A model generated the notes under the pieces. It was not told the origin of the DNA and made no database searches. It was given only the letters and a program-made list of their open reading frames with translations. Made by a program: the position numbers and the translations under genes. This document shows, piece by piece, positions 20,811 to 29,512 of a DNA stretch of 64,000 nucleotides (positions within the stretch are counted from its first letter, which is position 1; the number at the start of each line of letters is the position of its first letter). This DNA is from Candidatus Latescibacterota bacterium (GTDB lineage: Bacteria > Latescibacterota > UBA2968 > UBA8231): NCBI GenBank assembly GCA_965261395.1, contig OZ253462.1, positions 1,536,001 through 1,600,000 of the forward strand, written 5' to 3'.

Positions 20811-21383
20811 CTATTCGAGCTTGACCATCTTTCGGGTGCGCAACTGATCGCCCACGCGTAGCTGATACAAATAGGCTCCAGAAGCGACGGGTTGGCCCTT
20901 ATCATCTCGGCCATCCCAAGTCAGCCGGTGTTCGCCCGCCGCCAACGGACCCGACCACACTTGGCGCACAAGCTGTCCCAAGAGGTTGTAGATGGCTACG
21001 TCCACAGCCTCGGCACCGGCAGGCACCGATAGGGGGATGGTCGTGGCCGGATTAAACGGATTGGGATAGTTCGCACCCAAGACAAAGTCCGACGGCGTAG
21101 CCTGCTCAATGGCGACGGCTGTGGGCGGACTGCTCTGGTTGATAAAGACGAAAGCCCCACCAGGAACCCCTAAAGCCCCTAAAGGACCGCCTTCCTCATT
21201 CCGCCCCAGCACGACCAGATCGGCGGCCCCATCGCCGTTGAGGTCGCCGGTATCATCAAGGAACCCCAAGCCGATGCCCGGGCCAAGGGTGAAAAAGTCG
21301 GGTTCTACGAACAACGTGCCGGGCGAGGCAAAAGCCCCGTATGGAGCCGCCAGCAGCAAAATAGCTACGATAAAGCGGTGCAT
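20811..21383 (-). CDS. Secreted protein with a single FG-GAP repeat and FlgD-Ig/T9SS-like C-terminal domain
   Basis: Signal peptide MHRFIVAILLL, GDLNGDGAADLVV, NYPNPFNP...IYNLLGQ.V...WDGRD..G..VASG.Y. Confidence 0.75.
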   Translation of the reverse strand: MHRFIVAILLLAAPYGAFASPGTLFVEPDFFTLGPGIGLGFLDDTGDLNGDGAADLVVLGRNEEGGPLGALGVPGGAFVFINQSSPPTAVAIEQATPSDFVLGANYPNPFNPATTIPLSVPAGAEAVDVAIYNLLGQLVRQVWSGPLAAGEHRLTWDGRDDKGQPVASGAYLYQLRVGDQLRTRKMVKLE

Positions 21384-21406
21384 AGTTACCTCCCTAAGTC
21401 GAAGGG

Positions 21407-21469
21407 TGGGTTGGTGCAGAAGGGCACGTAGGGACGGCTTGCGAACCGCCCCTAAGCACGAGGCGCGAT
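21407..21469. repeat. ~63-bp direct repeat copy 2 (REP-like, degenerate)
   Basis: GGGTTGGTGCAGAAGGGCACGTAGGGACGGCTTGCGAACCGCCCCTAAGCACGAGGCGCGAT. Confidence 0.8.
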
Positions 21470-22404
21470 TAATGAGTGCCCGTTGAAAGCAGCGATTTGA
21501 TCTGTCCCCACGACTGGGCTTCGACGCTCGTAGCAGCAGGGAGCGCCGGTCGCCAAGCGGGCGAGTGTCCACCTAAGCCGTTGGTCAGATTGAACAAGTG
21601 GCTCCCGTCTATATCAACGGCCCATACCTCCCTAAAGCCGTCGCTAGTGGTAAAAGAAGTGAAGGCTACCCTCGTGCTGTTGGGTGCCCAAGTGAAGTCT
21701 TCGTATGGGACCATTACGCTGATGTCGGGATGCCAGAAAGGTTGATCGGGGTTAGGCAGATCGGGCAGGGGAATGATCCGAAAGAACGAGGCCCCATGAA
21801 TGAACGAAGACTCATCTTCCCTGACATCGCGGATATAGAGGCGGGCGATATTCTCTTCGTCCCCTTTTTCCCGCAGCACGATGCCTGCTTCTTTGTTCCC
21901 ATCCGGGGAAAGACTGGTGCGTGGCACCTCTCTCCAGTCCACGGGCGAGGAGTCACTTCCGTCCAGCGCCATAACGAAATATACACCTGTATCAGGACCG
22001 TCCCACTCGTCTGGAATCGGCCCGGTCGGGACGGCGGTATAGTAAAGGCTACGCCCGTCTTCAGACCACCAAAGCCTCAATTTTTCGACTGAATCGTCTG
22101 TCACCTGTTGCGGATTACTGCCGTCGGCGTCCATCAACCAAATCTCCCCGCCATACGGCCAAGTCTCATCGTCGTCAACGTCAATATAGGCGATCTTCGT
22201 TCCATCCGGGGACCAAACCGGGCTAGCGCAATACCGTCCTTGGGTCAGGTTTACGGGGTCGCTCCCGTCCGCATTCATAATCCACACGTCATCGTACCCG
22301 TCGCGGTGGGAGATAAATGCTATTTTACCGTCGGCTTGTCCCCAGCCAGCGACGGCCAATCCCAGCGTTGCCAAGCAGGCGATCAGTAGAGACCGATAGT
22401 TCAT
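21469..22404 (-). CDS. Secreted TolB-like (PD40 repeat) beta-propeller with SWGQIK tail
   Basis: Signal peptide, KIAFIS.R.G, P.WSPDG.KIA repeats, TSVEAQSWGQIK. Confidence 0.85.
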   Translation of the reverse strand: MNYRSLLIACLATLGLAVAGWGQADGKIAFISHRDGYDDVWIMNADGSDPVNLTQGRYCASPVWSPDGTKIAYIDVDDDETWPYGGEIWLMDADGSNPQQVTDDSVEKLRLWWSEDGRSLYYTAVPTGPIPDEWDGPDTGVYFVMALDGSDSSPVDWREVPRTSLSPDGNKEAGIVLREKGDEENIARLYIRDVREDESSFIHGASFFRIIPLPDLPNPDQPFWHPDISVMVPYEDFTWAPNSTRVAFTSFTTSDGFREVWAVDIDGSHLFNLTNGLGGHSPAWRPALPAATSVEAQSWGQIKSLLSTGTH

Positions 22405-22449
22405 AACGTGGCTCTTTTCAGAAGGATGAATGGGACGGTTAGATGTATG

Positions 22450-23316
22450 TCATGGGGCTGAAAGTAGCGATTTGATCCGTCCCCACGACTGGGCTTCGAC
22501 GCTCGTAGCAGCAGGAAGCGCCGGTCGCCAAGCGGGAGAGTGTCCACCTAAGCCGTTGGTCAATTCGACCCAGTTGTCCCCGTCTGTATCAGCCGCCCAA
22601 ATCTCAGACTGACCCATGAAATCGAGAAAACCAGAAAAGGCTATTCTCAGCCCGTCGGGCGACCAAGTAGGAAACGTTCGCCAATTTTCGTAGGGTTCGG
22701 TGTATATCAGTTTATTCTGGAGTGATTCAGGTAGGAGATAACCTGGGTGCATGTGATCACTGGCACTGGTGCGGATGTAGAAATTGACATGCTTATGGCC
22801 CCCTCCATCCCACAACGAGACGGTTGCTAGTAGGGTTCCGTCTGGAGAAACACCAGGGAGGAAGCGGCTATATACCTCTCTCCAGTCCACAGGCGACGCG
22901 CCACTGCCGTCCAGCGCCGTAACAAACGCATCAGGGCCGTCCCACTCGTCCGGAAGCGGCAAAGTCACGACGGCTACATAGTAAATGCCCCTCCCGTCTT
23001 CAGACCAAAAAAGCCGCGCTTTATCGACCGAACCGTCTGTCACCTGTTGCGGATTACTGCCATCGGCGTCCATCAACCAGATTTCGCCACTGGCAATATA
23101 GGCGATCTGCGTGCCATCTGGAGACCAAGCCGGGCTAGCGCAATCCCGTCCTTGGGTTAGGTTTATGGGATTGCTCCCATCCGCATTCATAATCCACACA
23201 TCACCGTACCCTGCGCGGTCGGAGATAAATGCGATTTTATCGCCGGCTTGCCCCCAGCCAGCGACAGCCAGTCCTAGCGTTGCCAAGCAGACGATCAGTA
23301 TGGATCGATAGTTCAT
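22450..23316 (-). CDS. Secreted TolB-like (PD40 repeat) beta-propeller with SWGRIK tail
   Basis: Paralog of 21469..22404; start MNYRSI behind AAGGAG. Confidence 0.85.
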   Translation of the reverse strand: MNYRSILIVCLATLGLAVAGWGQAGDKIAFISDRAGYGDVWIMNADGSNPINLTQGRDCASPAWSPDGTQIAYIASGEIWLMDADGSNPQQVTDGSVDKARLFWSEDGRGIYYVAVVTLPLPDEWDGPDAFVTALDGSGASPVDWREVYSRFLPGVSPDGTLLATVSLWDGGGHKHVNFYIRTSASDHMHPGYLLPESLQNKLIYTEPYENWRTFPTWSPDGLRIAFSGFLDFMGQSEIWAADTDGDNWVELTNGLGGHSPAWRPALPAATSVEAQSWGRIKSLLSAP

Positions 23317-23400
23317 AACGCGGCTCCTTTCGCATGGCGGGATTGAGTAAGAAGAGTTCATAACACATCTCCTTTCAGATGGAGGGATTGGGTAAGAGTC
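23311..23400. repeat. Imperfect 45-bp tandem duplication of the RBS/start region
   Basis: Minus strand ..CAATCCC.CCAT..GAAAGGAG.....TTATGAAC occurs twice, 45 bp apart. Confidence 0.7.
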
Positions 23401-23472
23401 TCTAACAAACCCTTTTTATGACGTTTAGGCTGATCTATATTCGATTCTTCGATGACGAATCAATTAGATATA

Positions 23473-23488
23473 AGCATACTTCGTGCCA
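23473..23488 (-). promoter_or_regulatory. Sigma-54 (-24/-12) promoter
   Basis: TGGCACGAAGTATGCT versus consensus TGGCACG-N4-TTGCW; points into the TolB-like genes. Confidence 0.75.
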
Positions 23489-23504
23489 CACAGCAGACCC
23501 CGCA

Positions 23505-23538
23505 CAAAAAAATCCTTTGGGATATACCCTAAAGGATT
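23505..23538 (-). terminator. Intrinsic terminator downstream of the sigma-54 activator gene
   Basis: Hairpin AATCCTTT(A)GGG...CCC-AAAGGATT followed by a T-run on the minus strand. Confidence 0.6.
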
Positions 23539-23622
23539 GGAAAACATAGCGGTTATATAGCGTGAAACTTCTTTTTATTAGGCGTGACGTCCGTCGTCGT
23601 TACAAGTTGATCTAAAAGATTC

Positions 23623-23677
23623 CGTATTTAATACGACTTTTTCCGTATTTAATACGATTCTCTTCGTATTTAATACG
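23623..23677. promoter_or_regulatory. Three palindromes CGTATT-T-AATACG with 21-bp period (putative enhancer/UAS)
   Basis: Exact 13-mers at 23623, 23644 and 23665, 135-190 bp upstream of the sigma-54 promoter. Confidence 0.75.
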
Positions 23678-23725
23678 ACTTTTCACCAACAGCGCAATGG
23701 TCCTAGTAGGTCGCGGCTTTCCCCT

Positions 23726-26700
23726 TTAAAGCCCTTTCTTCGGTCGTTGCAACCCGAACACGCGCATGCGGGAACGCAGTCGCTCCGGGTTCATGCCCAA
23801 CAAGTGCGCCGCGCCCCGCTCTCCATAGATCTTCCCCTCGGTAGCTTGGAGCGCCTCCACGATTTGCTGTTTCTCGTCTTTGAATTTGGCTGCAACCGGC
23901 GGCTCAAACGGCCTTTCTTTGGCCTCGTCTTCAGCAGCCAGCGGCACATCCTCCACCTGAATAACCTCCTCTTGGCATAGCACCACCGCCCGCCGGATCA
24001 AATGCTCCAACTCGCGCACATTCCCCGGCCACGCGTATGCCTGCAAATGCTTCACTACTCCGTCGCCCAAAGCGGGCACCGGTCGCTGCAGACTTTGGGC
24101 ATACCGACGCGCAAAATGCGCCGCCAAGACCGGGATGTCCTCCCGACGCTCCCGTAGCGGCGGCAGCTTCACTGGCCACACGCTCAAGCGGTAGAACAGA
24201 TCTTCCCGGAACGTTCCCGCCCGGATCTCCTGTTTCAGATCCTTGTTGGTCGCCGCAATCACCCGCACATCCACCGGGATGGACTGCTCGCCGCCGACGC
24301 GCGTCAGGTAGCGATTCTCCAGAATGCGGAGCAGTGCCTGTTGGACTTCTAACGACAGATCGCCGATTTCATCGAGGAACAAGGTGCCGTAGTTAGCTCG
24401 TTCAAAACAGCCGATATGCCGCTTCACGGCACCAGTAAAGGCCCCTCGCTCGTGGCCGAACAGCTCGCTCTCGATCAGCCCAGCGGGCAGGGAGCCGCAA
24501 TTGAGCGCGACAAAGGGCTGCCCTCGGCGCCGGCTCAGGTTGTGGATCCTCTGAGCCAGCACCCCCTTGCCCACCCCGGTCTCACCTAGCACCAGCATCG
24601 TCATATCGGTCTCGGCCATCTGTGCGACCTCCTCTAAGAGCTGGGTCATGACTTGGCTCTGGCTGAGAAAATCCTGATCCGAAGCCCGCAGCATGTGCAT
24701 GTGTTCTAGGCGCTGGAGGCGTGCGCTCTTCTCGTCGGGGAACACCTGCACATCGAGGCTGGCGACATCCGACATGAGGCCATCCCGATCTAAGGCCCGC
24801 ACCTCAAAGCAGAATTGGCCAACCGGTACGCGGTGGTACGACACTCTGTTGGAAGGGGTGAACGCACTCCACTCTTCCGCCGGGTCGTAGCCGACGAGCC
24901 GGTGACTATAGCGCATCTGCTCGGCCCCGCTCCTGAAGCTGAGGCCCTGGAAGTGGAACTGAATCTCGGGAGTGCTATCCGAGCAGGACACGGCTTGGGG
25001 CATCTCCAAGAGTCTTCCTGCCATGACTTGGCGGATCACGACACCTGGGGGTGTATCCCCAGGCTGGTATGCAATCAGCCCCGCCCTCGTCCCGAACCAC
25101 AACCGGCCCCGGCTATCGCGCAGGATGGCCTCGACAATATTCTCGAGGGTGGACTTGCCCAAACGGATGCTCTGAAACACTCGACCATCGTACTTCAGCA
25201 CGCCCCCACCGCTCGTCCCAATCCACAGACACTCCTGCTGGGGGTCAGCTACCAGAGCCAAGATGCTATTGACGGACAGATCGCCTTGGTCTGCCGTAAA
25301 CCGACGCACCTGCTGAGCGCGGTAGTCAAAGGCGAAAAGGCCGTTGGCCGTCCCGATCCAAAGCGTGCCCTCGTAGTCGCACAACGCGCTCACATAAGCG
25401 ACAGTTTCTATCCCGGCCATGTCAGACGCGTGGAAATGGCCGTCTTTGTAATAGTACAGAGCCGGCGTTGTCCCATAGCTACCGATCCACAAGGTGCCTT
25501 CGCGATCCTGCAACGCGACTCGGCAACAATCAGGTCCCTGCTTCTCGGCTATAAAGCGGTCGTCTTCTATCCTGCCCAAGCATCCCCCGGAAGTGCCGAC
25601 CCTTATGCACCCTTCCCGGTCTGGGTATAGATTGATTTCTTCGTAGCCGTTGTCTTTTGCCACCTCGATCACTTGGGCCTCTTTCCCCACCCCTTTAATT
25701 ACTTTGCCCTCGGGACTCCCGCGCCAGACTTGCCCCTCGCGATCTATCGCCAACGCCGTGACCTTGTGCCCGGTATCCACCGGGCGAATCCGGTCGTCTT
25801 CAAGACAGGCTAGCCCTCCCATCGTGCCGATCCAGACCCGGCCTTGGTGGTCTTCCCTTAGCTGTTGGACCTCGCGGTCAGGTAGGCCGTCGGCTTCGGT
25901 GTATAGCTGGACGCTGACCGGATCGCAAAAAACCAGCCCGCCGCCCCACAGTCCCACCCAGATATTTCCTTCGCGGTCCGCGTAGGTCAGCCGCGCATCC
26001 GAAAAGTGAATATCCGGCAAGCCGGCTGAAAAAGGATGCCATTCCTTCCCGTCGTACACTAGCACTCCCCGGCGAGTCATCCACAGCCAACCTCTATCGT
26101 CCAAGCGCACATGGCGCGTGCCGTGATTTACAGCCTCCGTCCCTTCGATAGCTGCGTCCGCATTGATCAGGTCGAGTTGTTGGCTGTCTGGATCATAGCG
26201 GCCGATAACGGCTTCGGTACCAACGTAGCGAAAAGCGATCCACAGAGGGCCGGAGGCGTCTTGGGCGAATTTCCACGGCCACTGCATTGCGCCGTTCTCC
26301 GCGCTCATGCGTCGACCGTCTAGGCTAATGACTCCCCACTTCAGCGTCGCCAGCCACGTCGTACCCGTCGCGTCGGTCGCCATATCGAACACCCGCCCTA
26401 GCGGCTGATCCACAATTTCTGTCACGCGCTCTACGCATCGCCCCTCGACAAACCAGCCTATCCCTGCGTCGGTCAGAACCCGTATCGAACCATCGGCTTG
26501 GGATTGCATGCCCAATATGTCGTTGGAGGGCAGCCCGTGCTCGGTGGTGTACACCTGAAAACCACGCCCGTCGTATGCAGCTAGCCCGCCTCCCAGCGTA
26601 CCGAAGAGCAGCCGCCCGTCCGCGTCCTCGGCAATGGTCATTACCGTGAGACTGGGTAGCCCGTCCGACAGGCCAAAGGTATCGAAATGTGCTCCGTCGA

Positions 26701-26875
26701 ACCGACTTACGCCGCCGTCGGCCGTGGCGATCCAGAGCAGGCCGAGCTGATCTTGATAGATGTCTTCCACCTGCATCCCAGCCAGCCCGTCGAAAACCGT
26801 GTACTGGTGCCCTATGATGCGATCAAAGGGGCTTCTCTGTCTTGGGGTTCTTGCGGGTCCGCTCGCGTCGTTCAC
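23726..26875 (-). CDS. Sigma-54 enhancer-binding protein with N-terminal Reg_prop beta-propellers and Y_Y_Y domain
   Basis: DGL...D..G.LWI.T repeats, GETGVGK, GAFTGA, LFLDEIG, WPGNVREL, C-terminal HTH; GTG start at 26875. Confidence 0.9.
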   Translation of the reverse strand: MNDASGPARTPRQRSPFDRIIGHQYTVFDGLAGMQVEDIYQDQLGLLWIATADGGVSRFDGAHFDTFGLSDGLPSLTVMTIAEDADGRLLFGTLGGGLAAYDGRGFQVYTTEHGLPSNDILGMQSQADGSIRVLTDAGIGWFVEGRCVERVTEIVDQPLGRVFDMATDATGTTWLATLKWGVISLDGRRMSAENGAMQWPWKFAQDASGPLWIAFRYVGTEAVIGRYDPDSQQLDLINADAAIEGTEAVNHGTRHVRLDDRGWLWMTRRGVLVYDGKEWHPFSAGLPDIHFSDARLTYADREGNIWVGLWGGGLVFCDPVSVQLYTEADGLPDREVQQLREDHQGRVWIGTMGGLACLEDDRIRPVDTGHKVTALAIDREGQVWRGSPEGKVIKGVGKEAQVIEVAKDNGYEEINLYPDREGCIRVGTSGGCLGRIEDDRFIAEKQGPDCCRVALQDREGTLWIGSYGTTPALYYYKDGHFHASDMAGIETVAYVSALCDYEGTLWIGTANGLFAFDYRAQQVRRFTADQGDLSVNSILALVADPQQECLWIGTSGGGVLKYDGRVFQSIRLGKSTLENIVEAILRDSRGRLWFGTRAGLIAYQPGDTPPGVVIRQVMAGRLLEMPQAVSCSDSTPEIQFHFQGLSFRSGAEQMRYSHRLVGYDPAEEWSAFTPSNRVSYHRVPVGQFCFEVRALDRDGLMSDVASLDVQVFPDEKSARLQRLEHMHMLRASDQDFLSQSQVMTQLLEEVAQMAETDMTMLVLGETGVGKGVLAQRIHNLSRRRGQPFVALNCGSLPAGLIESELFGHERGAFTGAVKRHIGCFERANYGTLFLDEIGDLSLEVQQALLRILENRYLTRVGGEQSIPVDVRVIAATNKDLKQEIRAGTFREDLFYRLSVWPVKLPPLRERREDIPVLAAHFARRYAQSLQRPVPALGDGVVKHLQAYAWPGNVRELEHLIRRAVVLCQEEVIQVEDVPLAAEDEAKERPFEPPVAAKFKDEKQQIVEALQATEGKIYGERGAAHLLGMNPERLRSRMRVFGLQRPKKGL

Positions 26876-27151
26876 CTCCGCCCTTTCTTTTCTAAAATTA
26901 TGATCGATTTGATCCATCCCCACGACTGGGCCTCGACGCTCGTAGCGGAAGGGGAGGCTGGTCGCCAAGCGGGCCATCTTCCGCCCGAGCCGTTGGTCAA
27001 ATTGACCAAGTTGCTCCCGTCTATATCAACTACCCAAATATCAAACGGGCCGACCCTACTGGGACCAGAAGCGAAGGCTATTCTCATGCCGTCCGGTGCC
27101 GGCCTGCCCCAGTGTTGCCAAGCAGACGATCAGTATGGACCGATAGTTCAT
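26872..27151 (-). pseudogene. Internally deleted third TolB-like paralog
   Basis: MNYRSILIVCLATLG signal joined out of frame to the last PD40 repeat and TSVEAQSWGWIK. Confidence 0.8.
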
Positions 27152-27373
27152 GATGTGGCTCCTTGCAAATGAGCGGATTGGGCAGGGCGTTAATAGTTGC
27201 TAGATTATACAAGAAACCACGATTGCGCTGCAATAAGGTAGGTTATGATCCCCATGCGAAAGCGACCCGTGGGCAAGAGGCCCTCGATTCCACGTTATTT
27301 TTTGCATACAAGGGGCGGCTCTCCGAATTTTCAGACAGTTTCTCAAGGCATTCACTGCCACGAAAGGCATTCC

Positions 27374-28486
27374 ATGCACATCACCAAAGTCGAAATACGC
27401 ACCGTAGCCCCGCCGGTTGACCGCTTCACCTGGTCGGACGATCTACCGGATCAGTACTCGACCAACACGGTCGTCAGGATCTATACAGACGAGGGCGTCG
27501 AGGGCGTAGCTGGCGTCTGGAACGCGACCTCGTATGACTTCGAGCGCTATACCGCCGAATCCATACGCCATCTAGCCCCCATCCTGCTGGGCAAGGACCC
27601 GCTCCTGCGGGAGCATATCTGGCACGAGATCAGGCCGCGCGTCTTTCCGCTGCCGCCCCAGTCGTTGGCCGCCATCGACATCGCCCTGTGGGATTTGGCC
27701 GGCAAGGTAGCGGGACTGCCGCTCTACCGGCTGTTGGGCGGAGCGCGCGACAAAATCCCTGCCTATGCCAGCACCCCGCTCTTTGAGGATGTTGAATCCT
27801 ATCTGAAGAATGCCGAGGAGTTCATCGCCCAAGGCTTCAAGGCCATCAAGTTCCACACTTGGTGCATTCCCGAGCTGGATCTCGAACTCGCCCGCGCCGT
27901 CAGAAAGCAGTACCCCGGCAACGACGTCGCCTTCATGCTCGACGCCGAGAACAACTACGACCGCGACGGCGCCCTGCGAGTCGCTCAAGAACTCGAAGCA
28001 ATGGGCTTTACGTGGTTTGAGGCCCCGCTGCACGACTCGGACCTCGACGGCTACCGAGAGCTGACGAGCCGGGTAACCATACCCATCCTCCCGTCCGGCA
28101 ACTGGTTTCAGGACCTCCACACCTTTGCCGAAGCCCTTCATTCAAAAGCGTGGGGACGCGCCCGCACCGACGCGGCCATGATGGGCGGGATAACGCAGAC
28201 CAACAAAGCAATCGCCCTCACCGAAGCGGCTGGCATGAAATGCGAGATCATGTCGTGGGGATACAGCCTAGTGTCGGCAGCCAACCTGCACCTGATGCTG
28301 GCTCACGACAACTGCTCCTATTTCGAGCAGTCGGTTCCCTGCGAACCCTACGAATACGGAATGCAGGACGTCATCCGCGCCCAACCCGACGGCTATGCCT
28401 ATGCGCCCGCCGGGCCGGGCCTCGGCCTCGCCGTGGACTGGGAGGCCATGGAAGCGGCCACCATCCACTCGATTGTCGTCGAGTGA
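27374..28486 (+). CDS. Mandelate racemase/muconate lactonizing enzyme (enolase superfamily)
   Basis: AIDIALWDL.GK..GLPLYRLLGG, GFKAIKFH, MLDAE, WFEAP, PGLG. Confidence 0.9.
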   Translation: MHITKVEIRTVAPPVDRFTWSDDLPDQYSTNTVVRIYTDEGVEGVAGVWNATSYDFERYTAESIRHLAPILLGKDPLLREHIWHEIRPRVFPLPPQSLAAIDIALWDLAGKVAGLPLYRLLGGARDKIPAYASTPLFEDVESYLKNAEEFIAQGFKAIKFHTWCIPELDLELARAVRKQYPGNDVAFMLDAENNYDRDGALRVAQELEAMGFTWFEAPLHDSDLDGYRELTSRVTIPILPSGNWFQDLHTFAEALHSKAWGRARTDAAMMGGITQTNKAIALTEAAGMKCEIMSWGYSLVSAANLHLMLAHDNCSYFEQSVPCEPYEYGMQDVIRAQPDGYAYAPAGPGLGLAVDWEAMEAATIHSIVVE

Positions 28487-28490
28487 ACGG

Positions 28491-29483
28491 CTACTCGCCG
28501 ATCATGGCAGCAGTAAGACGATCCAGAAGCGCATCGTCTGCTGGCAGCAGGCCGGAAGCCGGCAAACGCCGCAGTAAGTCGGCCCAGCGGTCGTGCTGCC
28601 CCTGCGCCCGTCGCAGGTAGGGCACGGCCTCCTCCTCACGGCCCTCGGAGGCCAAAGTCACCCCCACCCAGAAGGGAGCCTCGCCGCCCGTTGCCTCATC
28701 GGGCACCAGTTCCGTCGCTTCGCGGTAGGCGTCCATAGCTGCCGCCATGTCCCCCGCCGTCACCCATTCGTCGCCTTCGTTCAGCTTGTGGTAGGCCCGT
28801 GCCAGCCGCACCAAGCGGCGCAGTTCCTCCACCGGCTCGGGATGATCTTCCACGCGCAGGTCGAACACGCGATCAACCCACGGCCTGCCCGTATCCTCGG
28901 CGGAGACCACGAGGATGGCCGCGGACTGCCGACCGCGCAGATCTCCCCCCTCGGCCTCGGCTACCTCCAAAGCCACGAGCAGCCGCTCCGCCAAATCGCC
29001 TTCGGCGTTCTCGTAGGCGTGCGCCATGGCCGGCCACACGCTATCTCGGTCCATCAGATTCGCCTGAACGCTGTACTGGGCACCGGTCTGGTGGCCGGCA
29101 GCGGCGATGGCCCGCTCGCCCGTGTGGACGGCCACGTTCCCCTCGGCATCGACCATGGCCACTTGCCGCACCGCAGCATCGGCATCCCCTGCGAGCAGGG
29201 CGGTAAGCGCTGCCGACGCCGTCTTGCCCATGGCCATCAATTCGAGACCGAGCGGACCGTAGGCTGGGTCAACGAGGGATTGAGTGGCCACCGCGCCGAC
29301 GCCGGACCGGGCCCACGGAACGATAGGACCCACGGAAAACCAGTGGGACTGAACGGCGACGCCAAGCTGGCCGCTGAGAGAGTCGCGTGCGACGATGGAA
29401 TAGGTAGCCACGGGTCGCCGCCAGTCGGGTGCATCGGCCGCGGCTAGCTGGGCCGTGACGAGGATTAGGATGAGTAGGCGCAT
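28491..29483 (-). CDS. Secreted DUF1028 (Ntn-hydrolase-like) protein with C-terminal TPR
   Basis: Signal peptide, TYSIVARD, GVGAVATQS, GGDLRGRQSAA, DLRVEDH. Confidence 0.85.
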   Translation of the reverse strand: MRLLILILVTAQLAAADAPDWRRPVATYSIVARDSLSGQLGVAVQSHWFSVGPIVPWARSGVGAVATQSLVDPAYGPLGLELMAMGKTASAALTALLAGDADAAVRQVAMVDAEGNVAVHTGERAIAAAGHQTGAQYSVQANLMDRDSVWPAMAHAYENAEGDLAERLLVALEVAEAEGGDLRGRQSAAILVVSAEDTGRPWVDRVFDLRVEDHPEPVEELRRLVRLARAYHKLNEGDEWVTAGDMAAAMDAYREATELVPDEATGGEAPFWVGVTLASEGREEEAVPYLRRAQGQHDRWADLLRRLPASGLLPADDALLDRLTAAMIGE

Positions 29484-29512
29484 GATTCCTCCCAAGTGTC
29501 GATAGATGGGGA

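Noticed and set aside
23621-23683. Triple repeat as a mini CRISPR array
   Set aside because: Period is only 21 bp with 8-bp near-identical spacers and no cas genes; it fits protein-binding sites better
21469-27151. Diversity-generating retroelement acting on the TolB paralogs
   Set aside because: No reverse transcriptase in the window and the differences are not adenine-specific
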